The position numbers and the translations under genes are program-made. A stretch of DNA of 57,879 nucleotides, counting the filler, from Sphacelaria rigidula (lineage: Eukaryota): NCBI GenBank assembly GCA_964200075.2. It is 4 parts of 4 records of this genome, joined end to end, with 100 filler letters (N's around TTAATTAATTAA, not from the genome) between each part and the next. Parts side by side here need not be neighbours in the genome. Positions count along the whole stretch, not along the records: positions 28,993 to 43,387 come from CAXNAA020002274.1; positions 43,488 to 57,879 come from CAXNAA020002275.1; 2 more parts are not named here. One strand, 5' to 3'. The notes below the pieces were generated by a model. It ran no database searches. It had not been told where the DNA came from and saw only the letters and a list, made by a program, of their open reading frames with translations. Position 1 is the stretch's first letter; each line of letters begins with the position of its first letter. Shown piece by piece: positions 39,498-51,204 of the stretch.

Positions 39498-39732
39498 ATG
39501 CGTCTGCTGCTGAAGCTATCATCACTGATTGCTGCACCTGTAGCTCGCTCTGTCTCCATTGCTCGCCCCCGTGCCGTATCTGTCCTCCACGCCGCACGGT
39601 TTTCCCCGACGGCAACACGACGACAACACTCCACCTTGGGTACTGGCGGCGCAGAAACCACTAGAATCAGCAACAGAGCTATGTCTTCCGTCTCGGGTAT
39701 CAAGAGCGTTCTCATCATCGTAGCAATGGAAG
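39498..39732 (+). CDS. MTN: Exon 1 of 5'-methylthioadenosine/SAH nucleosidase (plant-type MTN); alternative start 39681
   Basis: IKSVLIIVAME-G|GTGAGG; joins exon 2 to give IIVAMEAEAAPLI. Confidence 0.75.
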
Positions 39733-40199
39733 GTGAGGCCGGATGCATCGAAATAGTAAACGTGCGGGGATGATAGGATACCAGTTTAGAGCATGTTGAT
39801 ATAATAGTGCAGACTGTTGATAACAGAGTGCTGTCTACCGTAGCTATATGTAAGAGACGCTTGTGTAATTCTGCTTTGAACTGTCGAGAGGGTACGATCT
39901 ATGCTTGCTGCAGGTTACGGGATATGATGTCCCTACCTAATAACACCCCCTTCCCGTAGAAGGATCGAAAGTTATGTTGTACCGTAATACTAGTACGATC
40001 TCGTTTCTTGAGAAAAGCAGCGTCTTGGAATTCCGATGCAACCCGCTTCTCGACAATTTGCTGACGATAGATTTCCGTTTGGTGATGTGACCCTTGCACT
40101 TTGCAAAAGTAGGCGACGCTGTAAACTGCTCAGCGGCATCTGCCACGATAATTATTTGTCCTCACGACAAGTTAGGCCGTGCTTTAAGCCTTCGACCTA

Positions 40200-40741
40200 G
40201 AGGTGTGAACTGGTTTGGCTGACCAGTTCACTGGTTGCAAAATGTTACAACCACCTACAGTTATCAGTTCAAACTGGATAACTGGCGGTCAAGCCGCCTC
40301 CCGACTGGTGCCGCCGGAGGCAAAAAAATTACGCCTTTTGGCTTCACATCTCTTCAAAATCGCGGTACATTCTAGTCGCCTGGCCCCAGCAATTCGAGCA
40401 CGTGATCAGTGCACAAAGGTATATATAACTGTCCGTGCCCGATCTCTATTGTATATATATATATATATATTACAATATGTTGTCTACAATATTCGTGTCC
40501 ACGTCTAGGTGTGTGCGCTGTTATGTACTCGCCTCTGTAACAGCGTCCCCACGGTCAATGTAGTACGACAATACTTCAGAAATATAGACTTGAGTACGAC
40601 ACATACGCACACAGAACAATTTGGAGTATGACACATATGTCGGGTGAAAAACTGGTTCAACTGGTTACAAAATCGATCAGTTAATCAGTTGTACCAATTA
40701 ACTGTAATTGGTGAGTTACACTGGTAGCCAGTTTACAACTC
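40200..40741. mobile_element. MITE with AACTGG/CAGTT subterminal repeats
   Basis: GAGGTGTGAACTGG vs CCAGTTTACAACTC. Confidence 0.6.
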
Positions 40742-40745
40742 AACG

Positions 40746-40839
40746 TAGACCGCGATGCGGGTAGTCCATCTGGGTCACCCATATTTTCAAGTGAAATTGA
40801 TGTCAATTCAGCAGGTGACCTACCCTCGCGGTCAAAGGG
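40746..40839. mobile_element. piggyBac-like MITE copy 3
   Basis: Ends CGCGGTCAAAGGG|TTAA; internal sequence matches 13177-13278. Confidence 0.65.
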
Positions 40840-41732
40840 TTAAGGAGACAAGAAAAGTGAGGACGCGCCGTGAGAATGGGAGTGGTTCTGGTGGTTTTAT
40901 TGACTTTTTTATTATTGTTCTGTCCTTACAGTTGGTTGCCTATCAGCTCTCAACTAATCAGAAGGACAACCTCCCCCCCCCCCCCCCCCCCCCCCCCCCC
41001 CACCCCCCCCCACCCCCCACCCCCCCCCCCCTCTCCCCCCTTCCCCTTCNNNNNNNNNNGGTTGCCTATAACCCCCCAACAAAACCGAAGATCAACCCCC
41101 CCCCCCCAACCCCCCCCCCCCACCATAATCACTCTCACCCTCACTCTCGCGGCGCGTTCTCACTCTTCTTGTCTCGTTAAAACTGACCCTTCTGCTGCTG
41201 CAACGTAACCTGTCGTCATGCCGCACATACCGTACACTCTGGGACCGTACCGTCCAACGATGCTGTTCGGATGTTTTTCTATCACTTTTATATCTGTGCC
41301 AGCACAGACCCCTGAGACGGGCCAGTTTCTAGCGCCTCGAAGGGTCAGGGGGATTAAAGTGGGCACAACGCCCTGTGTCCATTATTTGAGCCGCTATACA
41401 CTTCCGCCCGACGCAGTGGAGGAGGCTCTCCTCCAGTCGACACAGCCTGCGAATTTTCCGACTTGAAACACAAGTTGAGTTGATCTTGCATGACAAATTC
41501 ATGTTGTCGCGACTGTCGTCGGCATCGGGCGTTGACATAGCTACCTCCGTGTTACAGACAGTGTTTGCAAAGGGATCGGCTTGGCGTGCACAGGTACCCC
41601 CTGTCGTGCCCTGTCGAGCCTTACCCTTGACGTATTTGTTGCAGCGAGGCTATCATGATGGTGCGATAGGTCATCAACCCGGCATGGGCACAGTACAGTG
41701 AAGCGTTGCATTCTACTGGTGTAGTGTGCGAC

Positions 41733-42126
41733 AATCAATCAATCGAACAATCGAACAATCAATTAGTGTGTGTGTTGTCGTCCTATCTGTTCTGGGCGCC
41801 GGTCTACACCTTTCGGTATATGTGGGCGCACCAGCTGGGGTCACACAGGAGGAAGGTCAACACAGGAGATTTTTCTTTTTTATTTGTCCTTAGTACCCTA
41901 CCTTCCTTCTGCGGTGCTTGCCTTTTTATTTTTTATCGCAAGAGGGGTTCAGCAGTCCCTTTCCCTCGTTGACCGTTAAATCGAATTTTTGTGTACCCAC
42001 GGCATAGTCACTCTCCACTGTTGGGCATGGTGTGAGAAAAAACCCCAGTTCGCTCCGAGAGTTGAACCCACGACCCAACCGTAAGGAGCTTCCAAGGTTA
42101 CCAACTAAGCCACCGCGGCGACCGGC
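41733..42126 (-). mobile_element. Near full-length tRNA-derived SINE with (GATT)n-type tail
   Basis: Minus strand A box GGTGGCTTAGTTGGT, B box GGTTCAACTC, body shared with two other copies, (AATC)n on + strand at 41733-41763. Confidence 0.8.
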
Positions 42127-42640
42127 TCAATTAGTGCACTCGTTTAATACTCCTGCCGCCGTGCCCAGATCCTCAAGCAGGCGTACGATCGGCCGGTTTT
42201 GGTGGAGTAAAAGTATAGTCGGTTCGAGTCCCGCCAGCGATGCTTCACTTTTCTAGATTCCGTCGCGGGACCATGAAAACATGAGTTGCGACAGTGAGGG
42301 AAAAATATCCAGGCTGCGCGAGTTCTCCTCAAATGTTCGATCGCAATTGCAAGGCAAATACCATTAGAGTCAGTGATGGGGATTGACTCCTTGAAACTAT
42401 GAACCTACTCCGAGAACGCTGGGGGGCGGGGAGGGTAGGTTCAAACGTACGACAAAACATGAAAAAAAAAAACCGTACAACAGTGGTTCGAACTCGCGAC
42501 AAGCGCTTTCAACGTTCGGCCGCTTCATAGTAGAGCGTCCACACGCGAAAGGAGCTACCGCTATGCTTGTTGCCCCTCCAGATAGGTCACGAGTTTGCTC
42601 AGTGTTTGTTCTCCGACGAAATCGCTGTTTGATGGCGCAG

Positions 42641-42840
42641 CCGAAGCCGCTCCGCTCATCGAACGCTTGAGCTTGGTGGAAGACTCCTCCAAGTTCCCCT
42701 CCGCTGCCCCCTGCAAGTGCTACGGCGGGACGTACCGCGGAGCCGCAGTGAACGTGGTGACGAACGGGAAGTGCCAGCGTTTCGGCGTTGACCAGATCGG
42801 AACCGTGGCCGGCGGACTGGCTACTTGGCTTTCGGTAGAG
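42641..42840 (+). CDS. MTN: Exon 2 of MTA/SAH nucleosidase
   Basis: GCAG|..EAAPLIERLSL..YGGTYRGAAVNVVTNGKCQRFGVDQIGTVAGGLATWLSVE|GTGCGT, resembling the plant MTN GxDxVGTV motif. Confidence 0.8.
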
Positions 42841-43387
42841 GTGCGTTCGTGCCCCTCTCTGGTGTATGTATGTATGCGTGTGCTGAAGGACACGATCTCG
42901 ATAATGCAGCATGCCTTGTGTTCGCCTGCCGCTTGAATATGTGTGTGTGTGTGTTTGATTGCTATTATGTTGCTGCGTCGCAAATCGCAGGAATTTAGGG
43001 TAGTTCTGGCATTTTGCTCTTGTTGACATGTATATTTTTATGGGAATTTTGCTGAGCTGAACTGGGTTAGATATAGGCGGTAAGGTCGTGCAATGTACTA
43101 CTTCTCAGTGGGGGAAGCTTTGCACTGAACACTAGTAAATCAGCCCAAAGATCTACCCGCCATTTAGAGCCTACAGGGCCACTGAAGTACACTAGAGTGT
43201 CACCAAGCAGTTGCAATGACCACAAGGCATTCCGAGACGTTTGTAGACGTTTTGGTTGAAATTTTGTCTTCTGATGGGGTGACCCAATTTTTTCCCCATC
43301 GCCTTTTTCCCTCGGGAAGTTGAAACCCCTCCGTCCCCAACCTTCCACGGTTAGGACGAATCACCATGCCTAATAATCACCAAACCC

Positions 43388-43487
43388 NNNNNNNNNNNNN
43401 NNNNNNNNNNNNNNNNNNNNNNNNNNNNNNNTTAATTAATTAANNNNNNNNNNNNNNNNNNNNNNNNNNNNNNNNNNNNNNNNNNNN
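43388..43487. other. Artificial contig spacer
   Basis: N44-TTAATTAATTAA-N44. Confidence 0.98.
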
Positions 43488-44663
<1,176 letters not shown>

Positions 44664-44687
44664 GAAGGGCCCTTCAGGCACACTTTC

Positions 44688-46022
44688 ATGCTGGGTATTC
44701 TCACTGATCGTACCTATCGGCATCTTTTCCTTGCGCAGCTGATTGCCCTGATTGGCACCGGGCTACTCACGGTCGCGCTCGGCTTGCTCGCTTTCGAGCT
44801 TGCAGGAAACGAGGCCGGGCAGGTGCTCGGCATCGCGCTTGCGATCAAGATGGTGGCCTATATCGCGATCGCTCCAGTCGTGGGGGCCTTCTCGTCCCGG
44901 CTCCCCCGCAAGACGTTTCTCGTGGCACTGGATATCGTACAGGCTGGCGTTGCGCTGTTCCTCCCATTCGTCACGGAGGTCTGGCAGATTTATGGATTGA
45001 TCTTCGTCCTGCAATCGGCCTCAGCGGCCTTCACGCCGACTTTCCAGGCCTCGATCCCCGATATCCTGCCTGATGAGGAAGGTTATACGAAAGCGCTCTC
45101 GCTCTCCCGTCTTGCGTACGACATGGAGAGCCTCACCAGTCCCCTGATAGCCGCCGCGTTCCTCACGGTGATCTCGTTCAACGGTCTGTTTGCAGGAACA
45201 GCAATTGGTTTCGTCGGCTCGGCGATCCTTGTACTAAGGTCGGGACTGGCCATCGGCCGCGCTGCAAAATTCCATAGCGGCGGGGTCTGGGCTCGCACCA
45301 GTCACGGCATGGTCATGTATCTGAAGACGCCTCGCCTTGTCGGATTGCTGGCGGTCACCCTCTCGGCCGCGGCGGCTGGATCTATGGTCACCGTCAACAC
45401 CGTCGTCATCATTCGCGAGGAACTGGCGCTTTCCCAGGCCGCCTATGCGATTACGCTGGGCGCGTATGGCCTGGGCTCGATGCTCATTGCGCTGTCAGTC
45501 TCCAGTATTCTTCGAAAGCTAAGCGACCGGACGGCGTTGCTGGCCGCCTCGGCCTTTCTGACAGGCCTTCTGGCCGCACTTGCCGCGCTGACCCTCTTGG
45601 TGGGAATTCAATGGCCGATCATTCTTGGCGGCTGGTTATGTCTGGGGGCGGCCTATTCCTTGTGTGTGACTCCTGCCGGTCGACTGCTCAGGCGCTCATC
45701 TCATGCCGACAACCGCACCACAATTTTCGCGGCGCAATTCGCGCTCAGCCATGCGTGCTGGCTAATTGCCTATCCCCTGGCAGGCTGGCTAGGTGCGTCG
45801 CTTGGCCAGTCAGCAGCCTTTGCCGGTCTCTGCGCTCTTTCCCTCGCGGGCCTGATAATTGCGGCGCGCGTCTGGCCAAGGCGCGATATTACGCAAATCG
45901 TTCACGCGCATCCAGACCTTCCTGCCGACCATCCGCACATACGCGACGGTCATCAGCCCGACGAACCCGTCCATACTTTCGTGATCGACGATATCCATAC
46001 TCAGTGGCCAAAGCCGACCTGA
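44688..46022 (+). CDS. nreB: MFS transporter, NreB/NrsD-like with His-rich C-terminus
   Basis: YRHLFLAQLIALIGTGL, ALSLSRLAYD, FAAQFALSHACWL, tail HAHPDLPADHPH..HTFVIDDIHTQWP. Confidence 0.8.
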   Translation: MLGILTDRTYRHLFLAQLIALIGTGLLTVALGLLAFELAGNEAGQVLGIALAIKMVAYIAIAPVVGAFSSRLPRKTFLVALDIVQAGVALFLPFVTEVWQIYGLIFVLQSASAAFTPTFQASIPDILPDEEGYTKALSLSRLAYDMESLTSPLIAAAFLTVISFNGLFAGTAIGFVGSAILVLRSGLAIGRAAKFHSGGVWARTSHGMVMYLKTPRLVGLLAVTLSAAAAGSMVTVNTVVIIREELALSQAAYAITLGAYGLGSMLIALSVSSILRKLSDRTALLAASAFLTGLLAALAALTLLVGIQWPIILGGWLCLGAAYSLCVTPAGRLLRRSSHADNRTTIFAAQFALSHACWLIAYPLAGWLGASLGQSAAFAGLCALSLAGLIIAARVWPRRDITQIVHAHPDLPADHPHIRDGHQPDEPVHTFVIDDIHTQWPKPT

Positions 46023-46115
46023 AAGGAAAGTATAGCTTTAAGTAGACAGCTTTTTACAGGGATCAGTTCACGGAATAGGTTGTGCTTCGCCCATCTCCAG
46101 ATCGTCTGCACCGGG

Positions 46116-47960
46116 TCAATTTCCGAAATCATCGAACGCTATGCGGCTGTCCGGCACGTTCAGAGATTTTAACAAAGACAGAACCGCCGCCAGCATGGGT
46201 GGAGGACCGCATATATAAAAACTACACGCGTCGAGATCGGGATGTGAGGTGATACACTGATCGCGAACCAATTCATGGATCAAGCCGCGCGGACCAGACC
46301 AGGTATCCGTTTCCGGTGCGTCTGACAGGGCCACATGCCAGGAGAAATTTGGATATGCTGCCACAAGCTTTTCCAAATCTTCCTGATAGGCTAGGTGTTC
46401 CTGTGTTCTGGCCCCATACCAGAACGATATCCGCGCAGATGTGCGTTTTACCTTGAGCTGATCGAGGATCATGGATCGGATCGGCGCGATCCCCGCGCCG
46501 CCTCCAATGAAGATGATTTCATCGGCATCCTCATTGATATGAAAATCCCCAAACGGCCCACGCAGATGCAACGTATCACCGCTCTTCCGCGTCAGCAGGA
46601 ATGCAGATCCGACTCCCACCGGGACGTCCATCATACCGATTTTGGGGAGCGCGAGGCGAATGCTCAACATGACCTTGTTCCCAAACTCGCCCGGGGCGTT
46701 TGCGAGGGAATAAGTCCGGAAGACCGGGACATTGGTGCCGAACGTCTTTGCGGCGCCCGACCTTTCCCACTGCGCCTTCACCTGATCAGGCAGGTCCAGC
46801 TCATCGAGACAGGATGTAAAGGGCGGAATTTCGACTTGAACATAGCTACCGGCCCGGAAGTCGAGCGGCGTGGGAAGCGACAGGCACAACTCGTACATGT
46901 CCGGCGTGATGAAGGTGGAAGAGACGACGACTGCTTTGATGTCAGTTGCGTCCAGCAGGCCATGCGGTAGCGTCACCGTAAGAGGGGAGGTGATCTGGTG
47001 CTGGCATGCCAGCCGGTATCCTTCCTCCAGCTCGGCGTCCGGTATTTGCCGGCGGTCAGCCGGGAAGATCGGGAGAGCCGGGCCAATCCTTACCCGGCAG
47101 AGGCCGCATGTACCACCGCCGCCGCAAGTGGAAGGAAGCGGGTAACCTTCAGTGCCCATCGCTGTGAAGAGTGACTGCATGGGTCGGGCGTCGACGGTCC
47201 GGATCGTGCCGCCTTCACTGTCCGAGAGGGCCAGTGCGACGGTGTGCTTCCGTAAGCGCCATCTGCCGATGACATTGAAGTCGTTCCGTCTGAAACTGTC
47301 CCACCAGAGAGCAATCCCGCTGAAGCCGAGCCAAAGCACAACGAGCGCGGTCAGGATGATGAGCGGGTGATTGAAGCTGGATCGGCTGACATAGTCCATG
47401 ATGTGGACCATCCAGAAGACGTCGAACGTTCTCCAATAATTGTTCCGCCTCTCGAGAATCTCGCCATTCGAAGCCGAAACATAAAGGCTCGTCTGCTCGG
47501 GGTCGGAGAAGTCGATCCGCCAGGCGGGTGGGGCGTGGTCGCGAATTTCCAGCGTGGACTCGGTGAGAAGACGGGTCCGACTGATCTCGCCCGGGCCGGA
47601 ATAATCCTTGAGAGCGATGTCGCCAGCGAGCGCTTCGCTCACAATGATTGTGTTACCGGTCACCGCTTCGCCAAGTGTTGAACCGTCCGGCGTGACCGTT
47701 TCGAAGACCGCGCGCCCATTGAGGTTTTTGAGACGGATCTCGCGGATATCGCCGCGGCCCAAGGCATCAGGCTGGCCGATCTCGGCACCGGCAAGCTCAC
47801 TGAGCGGGGTGGGGGCTGCGGGTGCGGCCTTGTGATGGTGGCCAACAACCTTGCTGTGAGGAAGAATGGCCATGCCGAGGCCGCTCAGCATCCAGAGAGC
47901 AAGCTGAATGCCCAGGATCAATGCGATCCATTTATGGCCCTGTCGAATGATCGCCATCAT
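46116..47960 (-). CDS. PepSY-associated TM domain fused to an NqrF-like 2Fe-2S/FAD/NAD oxidoreductase
   Basis: N-terminal HKWIALILGIQL..W.FD.FWMVHIMDY; C-terminal PSTCGGGGTCGLC..RLACQ, RTYSLAN, GGGAGIAP, WYGAR, CGPPPM, FDDFG; ATGA overlap with the upstream gene. Confidence 0.88.
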   Translation of the reverse strand: MMAIIRQGHKWIALILGIQLALWMLSGLGMAILPHSKVVGHHHKAAPAAPTPLSELAGAEIGQPDALGRGDIREIRLKNLNGRAVFETVTPDGSTLGEAVTGNTIIVSEALAGDIALKDYSGPGEISRTRLLTESTLEIRDHAPPAWRIDFSDPEQTSLYVSASNGEILERRNNYWRTFDVFWMVHIMDYVSRSSFNHPLIILTALVVLWLGFSGIALWWDSFRRNDFNVIGRWRLRKHTVALALSDSEGGTIRTVDARPMQSLFTAMGTEGYPLPSTCGGGGTCGLCRVRIGPALPIFPADRRQIPDAELEEGYRLACQHQITSPLTVTLPHGLLDATDIKAVVVSSTFITPDMYELCLSLPTPLDFRAGSYVQVEIPPFTSCLDELDLPDQVKAQWERSGAAKTFGTNVPVFRTYSLANAPGEFGNKVMLSIRLALPKIGMMDVPVGVGSAFLLTRKSGDTLHLRGPFGDFHINEDADEIIFIGGGAGIAPIRSMILDQLKVKRTSARISFWYGARTQEHLAYQEDLEKLVAAYPNFSWHVALSDAPETDTWSGPRGLIHELVRDQCITSHPDLDACSFYICGPPPMLAAVLSLLKSLNVPDSRIAFDDFGN

Positions 47961-48673
47961 GACAGGGACCCCCGGCGGCGCCTGAAGCTGAAAAAGAGCA
48001 GCCACATTCCAAGGACCGAGAGCACAAGGCCAAGGCCAGCCGAAATCCGTAGAAGGGTATTGTTCACGTCTGCGCGTTCTTCATAGTCCATGATGTGCAG
48101 CATCCAGGCGAAATCGAAGATACGCCAGTATGTGTGGCGTCTGGTAATCAGCGACCCGTCATCCGGTGAGACATAGAAGGCGGTTGATCCGGCATCTTCG
48201 AAATCCACGCGCCATAAAGGAAGTGGCCGGGACTGGATTTCTGTCGGCGCCTCTTCCGCATCCACCAATAGCCTGGCCGAGGCTATGTCGGCCGTCCGGG
48301 TATAGTGGTATCGCGCGACAGCGATTGCATCGTCTTGCGTGAGCGGAGAAATTTGGCGACCGGTTTCCGCATCCACAAGATGTGATCCGGCCGGAGATCT
48401 CACCCGGAAAACGGGTTGCCCAATCCAGCTCGCGAGGACAATTTCGCTGGCGTCCGGATAGTCATCGACCACGTCTTGGAATGTGACGCTTGGCTCATAA
48501 TCTGCGCCAAGCGTCGCAGCCATGTTCTGAACGAGGTGGTCACCATGAATGAAATCAAGATTTATCACCACCATGTAAACGCCTGTCGCGAGCCAAAGCA
48601 TGACTTGCGCGCCGATGATGAGCGACAGCCATTTGTGCCACTGGCGCACTCTGAATGCGATATTTTTACCCAC
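47957..48673 (-). CDS. PepSY-associated TM domain protein
   Basis: WHKWLSLIIGAQ..W..G; PLWRVDF; WRIFDFAWMLHIMDY; terminal TM helix. Confidence 0.85.
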   Translation of the reverse strand: MGKNIAFRVRQWHKWLSLIIGAQVMLWLATGVYMVVINLDFIHGDHLVQNMAATLGADYEPSVTFQDVVDDYPDASEIVLASWIGQPVFRVRSPAGSHLVDAETGRQISPLTQDDAIAVARYHYTRTADIASARLLVDAEEAPTEIQSRPLPLWRVDFEDAGSTAFYVSPDDGSLITRRHTYWRIFDFAWMLHIMDYEERADVNNTLLRISAGLGLVLSVLGMWLLFFSFRRRRGSLS

Positions 48674-48727
48674 GAATGACCGTCCTGAGCTAGGTGTAGT
48701 AGAGGGAGAAGGCGTGCTTCGCTTCGA

Positions 48728-50395
48728 TCAACGCGCAAGAATGCCGGGCAGGTTGAGCTGTTTCTCACGGGCGCAGTCAATCGCGTCGTCATACCCTGCA
48801 TCTGCATGGCGCATGACCCCCGTTGCCGGGTCGTTCCAGAGTACTCGCCCAATCCGGCGGGCCGCATCTTCGGTTCCGTCCGCGACGATGACCATGCCAG
48901 CATGTTGAGAATAGCCCATGCCGACGCCGCCGCCATGATGCAGGCTGACCCAAGTCGCACCGGATGCCGTATTGAGAAGGGCATTGAGCAGCGGCCAGTC
49001 AGAGACGGCGCTTGAGCCGTCGCGCATCGCCTCGGTCTCGCGATTGGGACTGGCCACGGACCCGCTGTCGAGATGATCGCGGCCGATGACCACCGGGGCC
49101 TTCAGTTCGCCATTGGCAACCATTTCATTGAAGGCCAGACCAAGGCGGTCCCGGTCGCCGAGGCCGACCCAGCAGATGCGGGCAGGCAGACCCTGAAACG
49201 CGATGCGTTCGCGAGCCATATCCAACCATCGATGCAGGTTGTGGTCGTCAGGAAGCAGTTCCTTGACCTTCTGGTCTGTCTTGTAGATGTCCTCCGGGTC
49301 GCCTGACAGGGCAACCCAGCGGAACGGACCGACCCCCCTGCAAAAGAGCGGCCGGATATAGGCCGGGACAAATCCGGGAAAATCGAACGCGTTCTCGAGG
49401 CCTTCATCGAAGGCGACCTGACGGATGTTGTTGCCATAGTCGAGTGTGGGCACGCCCTGATGCCAGAAGTCCAGCATCGCCTGAACCTGTATCTTCATCG
49501 ATATGCATGCAGCCTGCTTCACTGCCTCTGGATCGGTGACCTGCTTTTGTTTCCACTCGGACAGCGACCATCCGGAAGGCAGGTAGCCATTGACCGGATC
49601 ATGGGCGGACGTCTGGTCTGTGACAAGGTCCGGGCGGATGCCCCGCTTTACGAGTTCAGGAAAGATATCAGCTGCATTGCCGCACAAGCCCACGGACTTG
49701 GCCTCACCAGATTTGGTCCATGTCTCGATCAGCGCGAGGGCCTCATCCAGACTATCCGTCTTTTCGTCAAGATACTTGGTGCGCAACCGGAAATCTATGT
49801 GCTCGGGATCACACTCAACTGCGAGACAGCACGCCCCCGCCATGACGGCCGCTAGTGGCTGGGCACCGCCCATGCCGCCGAGGCCGCCCGTCAGGATCCA
49901 GCGGCCTTTGAGGTTCCCATCATAATGTTGCCGGCCAGCTTCCACGAATGTCTCGTAGGTGCCCTGAACGATGCCCTGCGTGCCGATATATATCCATGAC
50001 CCCGCTGTCATCTGACCGTACATCATGAGCCCTTTCTTATCGAGCTCGTTGAAGTGTTCCCAGTTTGCCCACTTTGGAACGAGATTCGAGTTGGCGATGA
50101 GAACCCTGGGCGCGTCGCCATGTGTGCGGAAGACCCCAACCGGCTTGCCGGACTGAACGAGCAGGGTCTCATCCTCCTGCAGCGTCTTGAGCGTTTCCAG
50201 AATCTGATCGAAGTCCTTCCAGGTCCGTGCTGCGCGGCCAATGCCTCCGTATACAACAAGCTCGTCCGGGTTTTCTGCGACGTTACGATCGAGATTGTTC
50301 TGTAGCATCCGGAAGGGCGCTTCAGTGGTCCAGGACCGGCAAGTCAGGTCCGACCCGGTCGGGCTGGCAATATCGCGTCGGTTTTTCAGCGTCAT
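48728..50395 (-). CDS. hutU: Urocanate hydratase (alternative start 50413)
   Basis: [66 protein letters not shown]. Confidence 0.97.
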   Translation of the reverse strand: MTLKNRRDIASPTGSDLTCRSWTTEAPFRMLQNNLDRNVAENPDELVVYGGIGRAARTWKDFDQILETLKTLQEDETLLVQSGKPVGVFRTHGDAPRVLIANSNLVPKWANWEHFNELDKKGLMMYGQMTAGSWIYIGTQGIVQGTYETFVEAGRQHYDGNLKGRWILTGGLGGMGGAQPLAAVMAGACCLAVECDPEHIDFRLRTKYLDEKTDSLDEALALIETWTKSGEAKSVGLCGNAADIFPELVKRGIRPDLVTDQTSAHDPVNGYLPSGWSLSEWKQKQVTDPEAVKQAACISMKIQVQAMLDFWHQGVPTLDYGNNIRQVAFDEGLENAFDFPGFVPAYIRPLFCRGVGPFRWVALSGDPEDIYKTDQKVKELLPDDHNLHRWLDMARERIAFQGLPARICWVGLGDRDRLGLAFNEMVANGELKAPVVIGRDHLDSGSVASPNRETEAMRDGSSAVSDWPLLNALLNTASGATWVSLHHGGGVGMGYSQHAGMVIVADGTEDAARRIGRVLWNDPATGVMRHADAGYDDAIDCAREKQLNLPGILAR

Positions 50396-50412
50396 GTCCA
50401 AGGTATTCTCCA

Positions 50413-51204
50413 TTAAAGCGATGCCTGAGCCGTGGTGGAGACGGCGATCAGGATTGACTGAAGCAGGGACCGAAACTTGTCGGCCCGGGGGATGGAATAG
50501 TCGAAAGGAGGTGTTTCGGAGGTGAGGTAGCAGCGCTGCGCGAGCTCCATCTGAATGGCGTGCACCCCCTCTGCCGGCTTGCCATACTGGCGCGTGGTCC
50601 AGCCCCCTTTGAAGCGGCCATTGACAACATGCGTGTAGTGAGACGTGCTGGCGCAAATGTCCGCGACAGCCCGGGTCAGGACGGGCGCGCAAGTGGTGCC
50701 ATTATTGTCACCGACATTCAGATCCGGAAGGCGATCGTCGAACAGGAACGGGATTTTTGACCGAATTGAATGGCAGTCATACAATACAGCGAAGCCATGC
50801 AGTGACTTGATCCTTTCGATCTGCACACTGAGCGCAGTGTGGTATGGACGGTGGTAGTCATTGATCCGGTCTGCGACCTCGTCATCCGTGGGCGCAGTCT
50901 GCCAGATAGATTGGCCGTCGAACGTGAAAGTCGGCACAAGACCTGTGCTGTTCTGACCGGGATACAGAGAGGCACCGTCAGGCGGACGATTGGCGTCTAT
51001 CACATAGCGACTGAAATTCGCACGCACGATTGTGGCGTCGGCCAGAAGGCCGTCATACAATCGCGGAATGTGCCAGTCGGTGTCGAGCAGCCGACGACCT
51101 GTGTCATTCAGGGCCTGGAAAATTGGTTCGGGAACATAGGTCCCTGAATGCGGCTGGCCCAGAATGACGGGCCCCTGACCCTGAACAATTGTTACCGGAG
51201 TCAT
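50413..51204 (-). CDS. hutG: N-formylglutamate amidohydrolase (deformylase)
   Basis: [47 protein letters not shown]. Confidence 0.93.
   Translation of the reverse strand: MTPVTIVQGQGPVILGQPHSGTYVPEPIFQALNDTGRRLLDTDWHIPRLYDGLLADATIVRANFSRYVIDANRPPDGASLYPGQNSTGLVPTFTFDGQSIWQTAPTDDEVADRINDYHRPYHTALSVQIERIKSLHGFAVLYDCHSIRSKIPFLFDDRLPDLNVGDNNGTTCAPVLTRAVADICASTSHYTHVVNGRFKGGWTTRQYGKPAEGVHAIQMELAQRCYLTSETPPFDYSIPRADKFRSLLQSILIAVSTTAQASL

Noticed and set aside
40970-41125. Proline-rich (formin/extensin-like) ORFs
   Set aside because: A poly-C tract around an internal N gap inside an intron; low-quality sequence
42050-42126. Functional tRNA gene (also 38130-38190)
   Set aside because: It has A/B boxes but no convincing cloverleaf, and it is attached to a repeated SINE body
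46116-47200. Calling this gene nqrF of a Na+-NQR operon
   Set aside because: No nqrA-E genes are present, and the domain is fused to a PepSY-TM module
50414-50692. Long N-terminal extension of HutU in the ORF track
   Set aside because: It overlaps hutG; the real start is at 50395 or 50413
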